A stretch of 64,000 nucleotides of DNA from the NCBI RefSeq assembly GCF_006345805.1, contig NC_042998.1:46624001-46688000 (forward strand). The letters are read 5' to 3'. Shown here one piece after another: positions 24,721-38,111 of this stretch (the first letter of the stretch is position 1; every line of letters begins with the position of its first letter). The DNA is from Octopus sinensis (Eukaryota). Below the pieces are notes generated by a model. That model ran no database searches. It was not told the DNA's origin and saw only the letters and a program-made list of their open reading frames with translations. The position numbers and the translations under genes were made by a program.

Positions 24721-24844
24721 TTAATAAAACAAGTTTATTGCAGAACATTCTATTGTATTGGTTTTATACAATATTCATTATTTATAAGTACATTCTTCTC
24801 ATTTAAAAACATGTAAGAAAAAAGATTGCGGTGTTTTTTGGGGG

Positions 24845-24970
24845 GCCCGGAACGGAATAATGGCATTTCAATTCATTTCAATGGGGATTTCGCTAATTGA
24901 TTTGATATACAAGCAATTTGAGTTACGAATTCCGTCATGGAACGAATTAAACTTGTAGGTCAAGGCACCA

Positions 24971-24973
<3 letters not shown>
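24845..24973 (-). mobile_element. Tigger/pogo-like MITE fragment
   Basis: Minus-strand end TA-CAGTGGTGCCTTG resembles Tigger-type TIRs; the other TIR is absent. Confidence 0.55.
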
Positions 24974-25018
<45 letters not shown>

Positions 25019-25172
25019 GGGAAGCTTTATGAAAATAGACAAAAGACGAAGGCAGGTTTACGGAAATAAACAAAAGACGAAGGCAGGTGGAATACAAACA
25101 AACAATATATATATAATACACAACACACATTACACACACATACATACATACATACATACATACATACATACA

Positions 25173-25208
<36 letters not shown>

Positions 25209-25244
25209 CATACACACACATGCATACAAACATATATATATATA

Positions 25245-25670
25245 GTTTATATCCAGTAAATTATCTCCATTTTACTAGTATAGTCCTTTTATATAATTAT
25301 TACTAGAGCAATAAATAAAAGTTAATGATTAAAATTGATTAGAGGATATGTTGGCCTCGTAAAGGGATGGTAACATCCTAGGAAATACTATTTCAATACC
25401 TAGTATTGTTGGGGAATGAAATTGCCTTAAAACAATAAGTTTATATTAAGTATATAATAATAAATACAGGTATATACTAAGCATACAGTAATAGATATAT
25501 AAAAGGGCAGTACTGGTAAAATGGAGATAATTCACTGGATATAAACCATATGCTTAATATATCCCTATTGTTTTAAGGGAATTTCATTTCACAACAATAC
25601 TAGGTATTGAACCAGTATTTCCTTGGATGTAACCATCCCTTTAGGAAGTTAACATATCCTCTAATTGAAT
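25245..25670. repeat. Interleaved (crossed) inverted-repeat module
   Basis: A (25245-25295) is the inverse of 25496-25546 at 46/51. B (25338-25455) is the inverse of 25548-25665 at ~87%. Confidence 0.9.
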
Positions 25671-25746
25671 ATATATATATAAATACACACACACACACGT
25701 ATACATATACATACAGAACACAGCCTCATATACATACATACATACA

Positions 25747-25816
<70 letters not shown>

Positions 25817-27251
25817 TATATATATATATATAATGTAATAGTGTCTTCTGAATTTTATTACGCATTCTAACCAATGGTATAAATTATTTATTAAAAAATT
25901 TTTTAACCTGTATGTGTGTAAAAATATATAATTATTAAGCAGGGTTATCGAATACTTGACAATAAAAGTAAACCTATGGAAAGGAAATGAAATATGTGAA
26001 AGGCTTTAATCCATTTATCATTTATCTAAATGTTATTTTTCCCAAAGTTGGAATCAGTTATTTAATTAAGCAATAAAGATGTGATACGATGACTTTACAA
26101 ACCAATATGAAAGAATTTTGATGAAGGTTAATTGGCAAAAGGAAGTTCCAAATCAACAGATTCTAAAAGAATGATGAAGTTGTCTTTCCAGACTCCAACT
26201 GCTGATGTTACTCAAGCCTTACATATGATTGTATTGTACAGTACTACCAAATGCTTGAATGAATTATAACATATCCGAACTAAGTATTTGATAACGCTGT
26301 CTCTTTTATGGGTCCAAGTTAATTAAATAAACAAATGAGAACGTAGTCAGAATTAGTTATATTACTCCAAATACATATAGATACATATAAATTGCTTGTT
26401 GTATAAAAGTTGCATAGAGTGAACCTGAATTTAATCTTAAACACTTTAAGATTCACAGGGACTTCTGTGTTCTGGCTGTTTGTCGTAGTTTACATTAACA
26501 TTATAACCTAAAAGGTCACTATTATTATTCTTATACTCATAATACTCACTGTGTCTTTGAAATATGAAAGAAATCGATTTCGACTATCTTCATACAAATG
26601 ATGGCAGAATCAAGAGAATAAGAGTCAAGGCAGAAAAGGACAGCAGACACTCTTCCAAGTAGAGACCTAGATTAGAAAGATATATAATCAGTGCACATGA
26701 CTTCTTAAACTACATAACATAAAGTGTCTTGAAAGTTCAGTGCACTAACGGAGACGTATTTAAGAGGGATTGGCATATTTGGAGCCAAAGAAAGAACCAT
26801 ATCATTGTTAGAGATGTCGACTTTTCTGGCGCACCACAAGTACTTCAGTTTCAAAGTCGGCACTTGTTTCCCTGAAGGATGGACGCAAGTGGCTAAATCA
26901 AGTATCAGACATTCAGTACATAAAACAAGAAGAAAATGAAAGGCTAAATAGCCACATGGAATGGTGTTTACTCAAGTACGATGGGTCTGAATTTAAAGGG
27001 CGGTTAGTATGAGATAGAAGAAATATTTCTTAAATTTGAAGATTTTGGCAATAAATACGTGGAAAAGATTGTTCAGTCAAACGTGAACAATTTAGGAAGA
27101 GAACGCAATTCCTGAGATTGACTTTTGGGCGCATGCATGCGACAGAGAAGCCAGCATGGCAATCAATGGCAATATGTTCTTAGTAAGGATGTCTTACTTT
27201 CAATTTGCATGGAAATGACGCAGGCCTCTGCAAACCAGAATCCATAGAATA

Positions 27252-28518
27252 TTGGGTCACCCCATAAATAATGCAGTTTTTTCAATTGCATGAACTAAAA
27301 GTCGGAGGGGGTCGGGATAAAATACCTGAATAAACTTGCTATAAAATCAGGTAGTAAATTTACCTTGTCCTTACTCTTACTGCAACTTTTGAAGAGTGCA
27401 GTCCGATTTTAGCAGTTACTTTTTCAAAGCTATAATGGAAGTGACAAAGGAGCATATTCGGCATATCTTGCTTTATGAGTTCAATAAAGGCAACAACGCA
27501 ACGGAAAAAGTGAGAAGAATATTAATGCAGTTTATGGGGATCGGACAATAAGCGTAAGCCAGTGTCAATGGTGGTTCCAGAAATTCCGATCCGGAAACTG
27601 CAGCCTAGAAGACAAGCATCGTCCGGGAATATCTGTAGAGCTCGACAAGGACGTCTCGCAAACCCTGGTGGAAAAAAATCCCATCGTAACTATTGAAGAA
27701 CTAACAAAGAAGCTTGGATTTGGTCTTTCAGCCATTCATGGAAACCTTTGTGCCATCGGAAAAGTCAGCAAATTGGGTCAATGGGTTCCTCACAAACTTC
27801 CCGAGTCAAATCGCGCGCATTGAGTGAATATGTGCTCTTCTTTGCTGTCACATCTCACGAATGAACCTTTTTTGGATCGAATAGTGACTGGTGACGAGAA
27901 ATAGGTTCTCTATATATATATGTCAGGCGCAGAAGACAGTAGGAAGGGAAAGGAGAAACACCGGCACCCTGGGCTAAAGAAGGTCTTCACCCACGTAAGT
28001 TGTTGTTACCTGTTTGGTGGGATATGAAAGGTTTAGTCCACTTTGAACTTTTAAATCCAAACTAATAGATAACAAAGGAGATCTACTGCGACCAGCTTGA
28101 GCAGCTGAAGTCAACACTAGAAGAAAAACGATTGTCTTTGATTTCAGGATAATGCTCGGCCACATACAGCGAGGATAACATTCCCAAGGCTGGAGAAGTT
28201 TGAATAGAAAATGATGCCCTACACACCATATTCACCGGACATTGCCCCATCTAATTATCATTTATTCTGCAGTCTTCAAAATCATTTGAACGGAAAAAAT
28301 ATGAATTCTCTATACGAGGTAGAACAGTACTTGAGGAGCATTTTTCGTCACGGACAAGTGAATTTTGGAAGCGGGGCCTCGCAAGCCTACCAGATAGATG
28401 GGAGAGCAGTGTAGAAAATGAAGGAGAGTATATTTTAGATTAAAAAAAAATTCGTTTATCTTAATTTTGAAAAACAAAAGAAGTATTAAAAAACCGCATT
28501 ATTTATGGGGTGAACCAA
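27252..28518 (+). mobile_element. Full-length defective mariner (cecropia-like)
   Basis: TA TSDs and TIRs ttgg(g/t)tcaccccataaataatgc(a/g)gttttt. Broken transposase ~27435-28443 with MEVTKEHIRHILLYEFNKG, WVPHKL, RIVTGDEK, QDNARPH and YSPDIAPSNYHLF; many stops and frameshifts. Confidence 0.95.
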
Positions 28519-28699
28519 TATTTTCAAACTGTTCAAATGGTTTCAAAATATCCAGCCTCGAACGCAGAGAATTGCTTAAAGATAGCCTGGATTTTTTTCT
28601 CCTCATGGCATATCAGAAATCAGGTGGTGTAAAAGACTTGAAAATATAAAAAAAATTGTATCTCATCTTATCAGCATTCAGTTAACATCGCATGAACTA

Positions 28700-29700
28700 T
28701 TAGAGCTTAATCGCCAAGACAAGGAATGAAGTAAAGAGAGTATTAGCATAGTTTAAAATTTTCGTCTGTGTGATAATATCAGCCGACTTGTTCGACAAAA
28801 TACTCAAGTTAGATATGTGATATTGAATAGAAAGCGATCTAGAATTGAAAATCTCCCTGAAAAATTTGATGAATAAACAAAACAACTGGAAAAGTATCTG
28901 AAGTGAAACAAAAAAAAAATGGCGTTAGATTTTGAATTGGAAAAACAAAAAGAAAATTACCCTACGGGTATGGAAGTATGAATTTAGAGAGAAGGGCGCA
29001 TGATTATACGAACTTTATGCCAACCTAATATAAATTACCCAGAAATTACTAGGAGAGGATTCATCCAGAAAATCCGTTTTATCGTTTGATTGATAATGTT
29101 ATTGTGGGATTAACTGTATATTTTAATACTGTTAAATGAAAGTTTTGGTTTTCTGTGGAAATATCTCACGCCAGAAAGTGAGGCAGAAAAAATTGAAAGA
29201 GCACACCAATATCTTACTGACAGTAACTATGAATGTTACACTGATATTGTGATGACAACAGTTCTAATGATAATAAATTTACTAGTTTGATAATGGTGAT
29301 GACAAGCTATTTTGATGTTGGTGATGACATTTTCGAGTTTGTGATGACAGAGCTGAATTAACTATTTTCTTTAGTTTCCTTCAGATTATGTATGCCAAAT
29401 TTTCGAGAATAATGGTGTTAGAGTATCAAAGAGGAAGACTAAATGTGAGAGAACAAACTGACTATAAAGATTCACTGAGGCATTGCGAGACCAATGACCC
29501 GATGTAGAACTCAATAGACGTATATTTCCGAATGAAGTGTAGGATGAGTGTAGATCGGGGATAAGAAAGAGAGATGACAAAGGAATAAATGTTTATCTTA
29601 TGAACTTCAACCAAATTTTATATAAAAGATATTTAAAGCGTCAGTGAGCGAACTCTTTGAAATTACATTACCAAATTATATGGGGATACTTGAAACATCT
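28700..29700 (+). mobile_element. Probable highly decayed hAT transposase remnant
   Basis: Fragments IAKTRNEVKRVLA..., FYRLIDNVIVGLTV.F and a degenerate ASxER..SKL dimerisation-like motif (~29640) follow hAT C-terminal order. No TIRs found. Confidence 0.4.
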
Positions 29701-30142
29701 CTGTTAAATAAATTTTCTTTTTTTACTTTTTGCAAATTTCCAATGTAATAATAATTATAGCTTAGGCACAAGGTTGTATATCTGTTTAATAATGAGCTAA
29801 CTTGTCGAAGGTAAACTACCATCTTATTTGGTAAAGCGGAAACACTACTGTCAAAAGAAAAAAAAATTCATTCCTTTTGAAAATTTAATAACAAACTCTG
29901 CAGTGAAATATGATTTTTAATTTAGGTACAAAATTACACGTTTTAGCGGAAGACATACTTGATTATAAATGCTCCAGTGCTTCACTGGTACTGATTTATC
30001 GAATTCGGAAAGATGAAATACGATGCCGTTACTTATGTTCTGAGATTCGCTTGTTATCTGTTACTATGGATCTCTTTCCTAACTGCATTAAATATTTCTG
30101 CCAGCATGCTTCTTATTCAAACGTTCTTATGTTTGTGGAATA

Positions 30143-30495
30143 TTTACTTAGTTGGCAACACTAGTCAGATCAAATCTGATGACCACAAGAAGCTCCTATA
30201 CATGGTTCCATTATTTTCAACCTATCATCGATAGTAAAATCCAGACTTCAATAATCAAGTATTTTCCCGTGTATTACCTTGGCTTATGGGGGAGTTTTCC
30301 CTGCAAACATTTCAAGTTGCCAAATTGACAAATTTAAGGTTTACTGAAAGGTAATGTCCACCACAAGGTTGTTGCAGCGTGGTACATTGTGTGTCTCAAT
30401 GAACCTCAGAGCCATACTAGCGGAGCACAAATTTATGATAGGGCCTCCCATGCTGCACAGGTCGAAAGATACAGGCCTCACTAATTTGGACGTCC

Positions 30496-30499
<4 letters not shown>
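30143..30499 (+). mobile_element. 357-bp repeat module, copy 2
   Basis: Colinear with 15953-16309 (offset 14190) and followed by (TAA)n. Confidence 0.75.
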
Positions 30500-30540
<41 letters not shown>

Positions 30541-30548
30541 TAATAATA

Positions 30549-30605
<57 letters not shown>

Positions 30606-30683
30606 TAATAATAATAATGATAATAATAATGATAATTATTATTATTATTATTATAAGAAAAAGAAGAGAAAGACAGTCAGCAA

Positions 30684-30735
<52 letters not shown>

Positions 30736-30736
<1 letters not shown>

Positions 30737-31366
30737 CTATTTATAAAACTGAAATGTGAAAAGTTTGTTTGTTTGTCTGGAACGGTTTCAAGGCCACTAG
30801 ATCCCGTCGGATTGACTCCAAAATTTACAGGGACATGTAAAATGAGGTGAGGATGCCAGTAGGCTAGGTTAGAAATCCCTATCTTAAAAGGTGCCGTTGC
30901 TAGGACCAAAAACCCACTTTGACAAGTCCACTCTCATTCTTTTATGTATCTGTCTTCCTCCCTCACTCACTCTATTTCCTCCCTTCCCATCACTTCCTAT
31001 ATATAACGTCGATAACGGCGTCTAACTCCCCTTCAGTTTCTCTTTATAACTTCGTCAAACGGCGTTCTATATCTCGCTGTCTGCATTCATAGAGAGAATT
31101 ATCATCGCCACCACCACAACACAGTCATGAGAACAAATATTATGAATCTCGCCATCGCATTCTATTGTCTGCCTGTCTTCCTCTATCATGTTTAGATTTC
31201 AAAATATTTCATTTTTCAGTCCTCTCTTTCATATATCACCTTTTCGACAGCGCTTTCACACGCTCTCCTCTCTACGTCTGTCTGCATTCATAGAGAGAAT
31301 TATCATCGCCACATCCACCACACAATCATGAGAACAAATATATATATATATATACAAGTGTATATA

Positions 31367-31410
<44 letters not shown>

Positions 31411-31471
31411 CTATACATTTATATATATACCACACTCTTACCCGCGCGTAGAGCGGGTCACCTACAGCTAG
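30736..31471 (+). mobile_element. Complete non-autonomous Helitron
   Basis: 5' A|TC (tctatttataaaactgaaatgtgaaaagtttgtttg). GC hairpin acccgc-gcgtaga-gcgggt (31440-31458), then CTAG|T 13 nt later. Internal ~63-bp direct repeat at 31078 and 31277. Confidence 0.8.
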
Positions 31472-31656
31472 TATATATATATATATATATACATACGTAC
31501 ATACACACACGCACGCACATATATATAAATCCTTTAAGTTCGTTCACGGGAAACATTTTTGAGAACTCATATAAAAGCTCCTATGCTATTATTTCCGTCC
31601 TGTATCTCCTTCCAAGCATTACATATATATATGTGTGTGTGCGTGTGTGTGTGTGT

Positions 31657-31690
<34 letters not shown>

Positions 31691-31749
31691 TTTGTGTGTG
31701 TGTGTGTGTGTGTGTCTTTGTGTGTGTGTGTGTGTGTGTCTTTGTGTTT

Positions 31750-31935
31750 GTGTGTGTCTTTGTGTGTCTGTGTTTGTCACTCCACCATCGCTTGACAACC
31801 GATGCTGGAGTGTATACTTCCTCTTAGCAATTCGGTGAAAGAGACAAAAGAATAAGTCCTGAGTTTGATTTGTTCGACTAAATGTGGTGCTCCAGCATGG
31901 CCGCAATCACATGACTGAAACAAGTACGAAAATAA
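31750..31935 (+). mobile_element. 3' half of OR-type SINE after a long (TG)n
   Basis: cgcttgacaaccgatgctgg...tggtgctccagcatggccgcaatcacatgactgaaacaagta. Confidence 0.85.
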
Positions 31936-32342
31936 AAGAATATATACACACATATAGCAAAGCAATATATTGTGATTTGTCGGAGGTCTAGCTGCTGTAT
32001 CCAGCAGGTCTACTTACTGGCTGCGATGTTCACTCGTCTATTTCATTTGTTTTGGTGTTTCTGCTTCACATCCACGTGTTTTCGGAGTCTATTTCACTGT
32101 GCAGCTGTCTAGGAAAATGTTATCTCGCCTCTCCTTTCATTAGTTAAAAGATACCATGTGAACTAAATTTGATTAACGGAAATTTGGGGGAAGACTATCG
32201 TATGTAAATATGTATTTGCATGTCTGTATGTATCCCTGTATAAATACATATGCCTGTATGTATGTAGATATATAAGTACATGTATATATATATATATACA
32301 TATTCGAAAGAAGGTTTGTAGGTACCCTACAACTCCACTTTG

Positions 32343-32391
<49 letters not shown>

Positions 32392-32428
32392 TATGTACAT
32401 ATATATATACATATATATATATACATAC

Positions 32429-32459
<31 letters not shown>

Positions 32460-32465
32460 ATATAA

Positions 32466-32501
<36 letters not shown>

Positions 32502-32534
32502 CGTACATACATATGTTTATCTATTTATCCCTTT

Positions 32535-32620
<86 letters not shown>

Positions 32621-32659
32621 AGAGAGAAAACAAAATATGCATAATAATTATTTCTACTC

Positions 32660-33043
32660 TATACACAAGGCCTTGAACATTTTTGTGGAAGGGAGCTAGT
32701 CGATTACATCGACCCCAGAACTTAACTGGTTCTTATTTTCCCGATTCCGAAAGGATGAAAGACGACCTTGGCGGAATTTGAACTCAGAAAGTAGCGGTAG
32801 ACGAAATACTTATTTCTTTACTATCCACAAGGGAATAAGCACAGAGAGGACAAACAAGGACAGACAAACGGATTAAGTCGATTACATCGACCCCAGTGCG
32901 TAACTGGTACTTATTTGATCGACCCCGAAAGGATGAAAGGCAAAGTCGACCTCGGCGAAATTTGAATTCAGAACGTAGCGGCAGACGAAATACCGCTAAG
33001 CATTTCACCCGGCGTGCTAACGATTCTGCCAGCTCGCCGCCTT
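32660..33043 (-). mobile_element. Two SINE copies (family A partial; family B near-complete)
   Basis: gtcgattacatcgaccccag...gaccccgaaaggatgaaaggcaaagtcgacctcggc...gccagctcgccgcc. Confidence 0.9.
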
Positions 33044-33199
33044 AAATACATAGTGAGAATAACAATTGAAAATCTATCCTCGATAGCCAAAATCTAGAAT
33101 TAAAACTCATTCGAATTCAATAACGAATAAAGGGTATCTGAGGAATGTCAAAAGTGAACTCCAGCTGATAAATTCGTCCTTGGAAATACTATTCGCATC

Positions 33200-33226
33200 T
33201 ATACTACTACTACTACTACTACTACT

Positions 33227-33258
<32 letters not shown>

Positions 33259-33341
33259 TTACTACAACTACTACTACTGCTGCTGCTGCTACTACTACTA
33301 CTACTACTACCATCACCACCACCACCACCACCACCACCACG

Positions 33342-33394
<53 letters not shown>

Positions 33395-33458
33395 CACCAC
33401 CACCACGACTACTACTACTACTACTACTATTACTACTACTATCACCACCACCACCACG

Positions 33459-33511
<53 letters not shown>

Positions 33512-33657
33512 AAGAATTCCAGTGACTACTTTTCAGTTGAGGTGTTGTTTTTTGCTATTCAACGGATATCATGTTTCTTATGAAATCCAAATCCATAGTG
33601 GTACCACTATATTAACAACAACAGCAGCAGCAACTCCTCCTCCTCCTCCTCCTCCTC

Positions 33658-33704
<47 letters not shown>

Positions 33705-33705
33705 G
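33200..33705. repeat. (ACT)n/(ACC)n/(CCT)n trinucleotide arrays
   Basis: Direct reading. They give the poly-T/V/P ORFs. Confidence 0.97.
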
Positions 33706-33980
33706 TTGCAGGAAATAGCCGTTGTAGTAACAGTAATGGTGGGAATGCTTTTGCGAGTGATAGCATGCAGATATGGTGAACAGAAAAGTTTGTCTCTGAT
33801 TATTGTCAAAGAGAGTGTCCCTTCATAAATCAAAACTAATCTAGACTTGTAAGGCTTATGTCATATGGTGCTATCTCCCATTTAAACAGATCACGAGCAA
33901 TTTTAAGTAATTATATCACGCTGGGGCTGCCGTAAATAAGAAAAATAATTAGGGGAAGGAGACATTCGGTGTGGGGGACA

Positions 33981-34042
<62 letters not shown>

Positions 34043-34747
34043 TACACACACACATACACACACACGCACAGAAGTTTACAATATTAAAGCTACTACGAAG
34101 TAAAGGTGCGGTGAATGGAATTACATCACGCCGAGCTTGACGTAAATAAATTCAGAGCAACAATAACCATAAAAATAATAAGAAAAAAGAACAATGACGA
34201 GGGACTGTAACAGGGAGTATACTATCATATAAAACCTGCCGTAAATTAAGTAGAGCTAAAGGGTGTTGTATTATATTTTAGGGTCATCTATAAATCAGCT
34301 TTTCAGAAGAAAGCTGTTATAAATTACTAAGTTCTTGTGCTTTCATACCCACTTTAACGTCGTCTCACAACAGATAAAACATCATGTTTTTTCTTTCATT
34401 TGTGTACTTTTTAAATAAAGTTCTTTGAATATACGCACATATCTACATACATATATAGAAAAAAACATGGAAGTCAATAAAAATTGAAACGTAGTGGGAT
34501 TGAACATATGTCTGTTTTCTTAATGTCTCTGTGTAAATTAAGGCTATACCATATGCTCCCTTATCACTTCTCTTCTTTCGCAACTGTGTTTTTAATCTTT
34601 ACTGGGACATAATTTTCTCATGTTGTGTTGTTTCGATTGTACCTTTTAATATTATTTCGCCAAGATAAAGATTTGAATTCAATTGAAAATCTTTCCCCCG
34701 AGATATTTTGATACAGAAAGAAACAAATTTCGACTTTGTTCAGTTTA

Positions 34748-34933
34748 CCGTACATTCCGGCATACAAGTTGATCTGTAAACATATGATGCAAAATTCAGA
34801 CATCGTCATTATCTTTTCCGATCCAACTACATTTCACACTTCATTTTTAGTCTTTTTGGTTTATAAGTCGACCTATTATTTCTGGCGGTAAATTTTGGCC
34901 TGAAAAATTCGACCTGTATGCTGGAAAATATGG
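34748..34933. mobile_element. ~186-bp Tc2/pogo-like MITE
   Basis: TA TSDs and imperfect TIRs ccgtacattccggcatacaagttga / tcgacctgtatgctggaaaatatgg. Confidence 0.7.
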
Positions 34934-35417
34934 TATTTTTAAGGGATTCATCTCTAGCGTTCTTATGATCAATAATGACAATAACTGAAGTTATAGATCG
35001 CATTTCTTTTCAATAAGGGCATATCGAGGACTGCGTACTAACAGTTTTTGAAAATAGTGAGAAAAATAGAATGAGAGGGAAGAATAAGAGAAAGAGAAGT
35101 ACAAAAAGAAAATGTAAAAAAAAAAAAAAAATGATAGATCACCTTTTACCCAGCAGCTAAGTAGAAGCGGAGAAGAGAAAAGAAACTGTTACGCCTAAGT
35201 GGTCTTTGTGAGAATGATATCGTAATAGATAGATGATAACAGTTGCAGACTGTTTAGAAATTTTCATGTCACAAAAGCTTTCAGATACAGATACGCTATG
35301 TTAAACGATGGAATACGTTTATCTTTGTGGTTTTATAAGCTATGAGTATGGAATTTATGATGCCGAAATATAAGCTGTTTGACGTTTACGTTGTATATAG
35401 AACTGTGATGATTTTAT

Positions 35418-35686
35418 TCTATTATTTTATTCCCTTAAATGCTTAAAAGTATATAGTTTTCAATTATAATTGAAAGGTAACTTAGGATCCCTTGACGACA
35501 ATGTAACCTTCATTTAACTACGGTATCTTAGGCCTGATGAGTAGCTATGGTTTTAGTCTATTATTTTATTCCCTTAAATGCTTAAAAGTATATAGTTTTC
35601 AATTATAATTGAAAGGTAACTTAGGATCCCTTGACGACAATGTAACCTTCATTTAACTACGGTATCTTAGGCCTGATGAGTAGCTA
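35418..35686. repeat. 130-bp tandem duplication (period 139), apparently exact
   Basis: 35418-35547 matches 35557-35686, with a 9-bp spacer tggttttag. Confidence 0.95.
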
Positions 35687-35989
35687 GTGGAGTACCACTT
35701 GCTGAGTAATTACTACTTCCAAGGTTCTGCTAGATAGGAAATATATGTAGTTTGGATTTTACCTGCTCCATTCCCTAAACTTGGATTTTTATTCGTGCCC
35801 AGGTGTACACATTGGAAACTGGACTTAATGTAATATGAAGAAGGCGATAACAAAAAATGTAATTTTTTAAAGAACGAAACGAGACACACAGAAAAGAGGT
35901 TTTACGTCCAGTGTATAGAGGGATAGAGAAGAAAAAGAGCATATATAGACATAACTAAACACGACTGTAAATCAAGGACTAAGCAAACC

Positions 35990-36565
35990 TTTCATCAGTC
36001 CTCAACTATTTTTAATTAGCACAAGAATGGTTTAGGATACAAGTTAATTAGCAAACAAATATATATATAGGCGTAAACACAGTTGCCAAAGTAATTCAGA
36101 AGTACAGAGCTACTAGACAGCTAAGCAATAAACATCGTTCAGGTCGTCCTTCTATTTTAACAGCGTGTCATGTTCGCCACATCCAACGTTGGCTGATGGA
36201 CGACAGGCGTCGTACCGCTTTTCTTTTGACCAAGAAGTTTTTTTGTCAATGGAAAGAGTGTATCCACCCAAACAGTTCACCGAAGTTTGAACCAGTGTGG
36301 TCTTCATGGACATATTCCTCGTAGGAAGCCTCTCCTCAGTACCAGGCATAAATCAAATCGTCCTTCTTTTGACAAAACCTATGTGAGTAAGAATAAAGAG
36401 CTTGGGAATAAAATTCTTTTCTCTGGCGAGACTAAAATCAACTTGTGTGGGTCAGATGTTATTAAACTAATATGGCGACGACCAGATGAAGATATTAGTG
36501 ACAAATGCACTGTGCTTACCGTTAAAGACAGCGGCGGAAGGGTTATGCTTTGGGGATGTACATAT
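35990..36565 (+). mobile_element. Tc1-family transposase fragment (pseudogene)
   Basis: GLGYKLISKQ..HRSGRPSILT..GLHGHIPRRKPLLS..ILFSGETKINLCGSD..IWRRP..TVKDSGGRVMLWGC; frameshifted, no TIRs seen. Confidence 0.88.
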
Positions 36566-36755
36566 TTTTGTATCGTTTAAAAACGAATATTTCGTTCGTA
36601 TCTTTGAAAATGTCTATTGCTTTGTGTTCCAAATTAGTATAATGTTTGCATGGATACTTTTATACATACATATATATGTATATATATATATACATATATA
36701 TATGTATGTACATATATATATATATATGTATGTACACCCACACGCACACACACAC

Positions 36756-36796
<41 letters not shown>

Positions 36797-36853
36797 AGTA
36801 AGTTTTTTACACCTACTAGGCTCGTTCGTATTAAACCGAATTGCTGGCCTTAA

Positions 36854-38111
36854 TTAGGTTGTCAAGAAAGTTCTTGTGGAATTTAAAATTTTGCTTTTAA
36901 ATGATGTATTTTCAAATTAATTTTCGTTAAATTACTTTGCCTTTTTATACCATTTTAAAACACGTTTTTCGCTCTATCTAACTGTGTTACTCTTTTTCTT
37001 TATGAATAATTAGGTCATTTTTTCCGGAACGTTGAATACAACATGGACAAAAAGCAAATTCGCACAATTTTCTTCAAGTTCAAGCTAGGCCGAAAAGCTG
37101 ATGAAACAGCTCGCGATATCTAATATGCGTTTGGCCCAGCAACCACTAATGAACGTACAGCACAATGGTGGTTCAAGAAATTTCGTAGCGGTGACGAGAG
37201 TCTTGAAGATAAGCGAAGTGGTTGGCCATCGGATGTTGACAACGATCAACTAAGAGCCTTAGTGGAAGCCAATCCACGCACAACTGTTCGAGAGCTTGCT
37301 TCTGAACTAGATGTAACGCATACGACAATTTCCAACCACTTAAAAGAGATTGGAAAACAAAAATACTTGAGAAATATGGGTGCCGCACGAATTGAACGAC
37401 AACTGAAAAGACAACCCCTCCCCCCCCAAAAAACCCGTCGTTTTGAAGTGTCGTCTTCCCAACAAGAACGACCCGTTTCTCGACCGGATTGTGACTTGCG
37501 ATGAAAGTGGATATTCTTTACGATAACCAGCGACGCTCAGCTCAGTGGTTGGACGCCGACGAAGCTCCACGGTACTTCCTGAAGCCAAAGTTGAACTAAA
37601 AGAACTTCATGGTGACTGTTTGGTGGTCTGAGGCCGGTCTCATCGATCACAGCTTTTTGGATCCAGGCGAAACCGTTTCGGCGAAGGACTGTCAGCAAAT
37701 GGATGAAATGTATAAGAAATTCCGACAACAGCCAGCATTGGTCAATAGAAAAATACGAATTCTTCTCCACGACAACGCTCGGCCGCACGTCGCACAACTG
37801 ACCCAGCAGAAGTTGAACGAATTGGGCTACGAAACTCTGCCTTATCCGCCATACTCACCACACCTCTCGGCAACCGACTACCACTTTTTCAAGCATCTCG
37901 ACAACTTCCTGCTTGAGAAATGCTTCAAAAACCAAGACGATGTCAAACATGCCTTCAACGACTTCATCGCCACCAGAAAGCAGGATTTTAATGCTACTGG
38001 CATAAATAAACTTGTTTCGCGTTGTTTATTTCGATTAAGTTTTGTTTGAGCCGTGATATGTGCATCTGAATTTAAAGGTTAAAGACCGCAAGAACTTTCT
38101 TGATAACCTAA
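36854..38111 (+). mobile_element. Full-length defective mariner, Hsmar1-like (cecropia subfamily)
   Basis: TIRs ttaggtt(g/a)tcaagaaagttcttg(t/c)gg. Transposase from 37043 with MDKKQIRTIF, ERTAQWWFKKFRSGDESLED, RIVTCDE, LLHDNARPH and YPPYSPHLSATDYHFFKHLDNFL; stops and frameshifts. Confidence 0.95.

Noticed and set aside
26000-27240. Unique-looking 1.2-kb block, possibly decayed coding sequence
   Set aside because: All frames I tried are interrupted and show no recognisable motif.
32015-32105. Minus-strand AG..GTAAGT candidate exon (91 nt)
   Set aside because: Stops in all three frames, and such splice-like pairs are common by chance in 64 kb.
35533-35545. CTGATGAG (also at ~35673) as a hammerhead core or snoRNA C box
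   Set aside because: No downstream GAAA or stems, and no matching D box with a terminal stem.
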